This document shows, in pieces, positions 63,184 to 64,000 of a DNA stretch of 64,000 nt. How positions within the stretch are numbered: the first letter of the stretch is position 1; the number at the start of each line of letters is the position of its first letter. Made by a program: the position numbers and the translations under genes. Under the pieces are notes generated by a model that saw only the letters and a list, made by a program, of their open reading frames with translations, was not told the DNA's origin and did not search any database. Where the stretch lies: the NCBI GenBank assembly GCA_965207065.1, contig OZ242260.1, positions 416,001 to 480,000 of the forward strand, given 5' to 3'. This DNA comes from a bacterium (GTDB lineage: Bacteria; UBA8248).

Positions 63184-63626
63184 TGAGCGAAAAACCCGAT
63201 TTCGTCTGGGAGAATTTGGAAGTCGGCATGACTATCGGCGAGCGCAGCGTCTTGGTGACGCAGGAGATGGTGGACACGCACTGCGACGCCGTGGGCGCTA
63301 AGCGGGAATGGTACCAGGGTGATTCCCCCGCGGGCGGTCCCATCGCGCCGCCGATGATCTTCATCAACGACCTGCTCGCCATTTATGATGAGAACTACAA
63401 GCGATTCGGCACCATCCACGCCAAGCTCGGCTACCGCTTCCACAGGCCCGTGCGGGTCGGCGAGACGGTGAACCAGAAGGTCACGGTGAAGAACCTGTAC
63501 GTAAAGCGAGAGAAGGGCTGGATCGTGAGCGAGCTCGCCGTCACGAACGAGACGGGAGAGTTGCTGCTCACTTCTTCGCACACATCCGTATTGAGCCTCA
63601 CGAGAAAGCACGGGAAAGATGGCTAA
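63183..63626 (+). CDS. MaoC-like hot-dog-fold protein
   Basis: GPIAPP and FHRPVRVGE. Confidence 0.75.
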   Translation: MSEKPDFVWENLEVGMTIGERSVLVTQEMVDTHCDAVGAKREWYQGDSPAGGPIAPPMIFINDLLAIYDENYKRFGTIHAKLGYRFHRPVRVGETVNQKVTVKNLYVKREKGWIVSELAVTNETGELLLTSSHTSVLSLTRKHGKDG

Positions 63627-64000
63627 TACACGCGCAGAAATCGAAAATATGAATATCGGCGACACTCTGCCCGAGCGGACGCACAAGGTGGATTGGGAGG
63701 ACATCCTCAAATTCAACCGCTACGTCACCGGCGGCGTGGATACGAAGAACATCCACACGGACGATGAGGTGGCCAGAAAGGCGGGTCTCCCCCGCGCGTT
63801 GGCGACGGGCCGCCACCCGGTGTCGTTCATCACCGAACTCATGGTCGATTACCTGGGGATGGGCTTCATCGCGAGTGGAGAGATCGATGTTTCCTTCGTG
63901 AAACCCATCTTCCCGGGCGACGTTCTGACGCTTATGGCTGTGCTCAGGGAGAAATCGCCTGATGAGGGCGCGATGCGCTATCTCTTCGACGTTTCGCTTG
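63619..64000 (+). CDS. MaoC-family dehydratase, truncated at the window's right edge
   Basis: NIHTDDEVARKAGLP and FVKPIFPGD. Confidence 0.8.
   Translation, partial: MANTRAEIENMNIGDTLPERTHKVDWEDILKFNRYVTGGVDTKNIHTDDEVARKAGLPRALATGRHPVSFITELMVDYLGMGFIASGEIDVSFVKPIFPGDVLTLMAVLREKSPDEGAMRYLFDVSL

Overview
GC-rich bacterial chromosomal window, probably from a Gram-negative organism (inferred from a 17-kDa-antigen-type lipoprotein and YajQ). Host genes include a coenzyme F420 biosynthesis operon, two luciferase-like (LLM) oxidoreductases, a diadenylate cyclase, amtB, LysR-gltBD, a sugar ABC transporter, tandem CocE/NonD hydrolases, metF, SOD and two tRNAs. Three genes read through an in-frame UGA followed by a SECIS-like hairpin and are probable selenoproteins. 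An IS1182-family element and related MITE/REP repeats are present. The main result is a set of tailed-phage late genes (lysis; Mu gp26/gp27-like; split large terminase plus portal; protease-capsid, neck, tail tube, chaperone) divided into four intact minus-strand islands over about 38 kb and separated by host genes. The islands keep Mu-like late-gene order, and no integrase, phage transposase or replication gene is present in the window. Each island is preceded by the same promoter design: 10-bp direct repeats (GCATTT[G/C]CCC), exactly 25 nt, then a TAnAnT -10 box. A Xis/MerR-like HTH gene upstream is a candidate activator. I interpret this as a domesticated, co-regulated, multi-locus gene-transfer-agent-like system. 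All family assignments come from motif recognition by eye; no searches were run.
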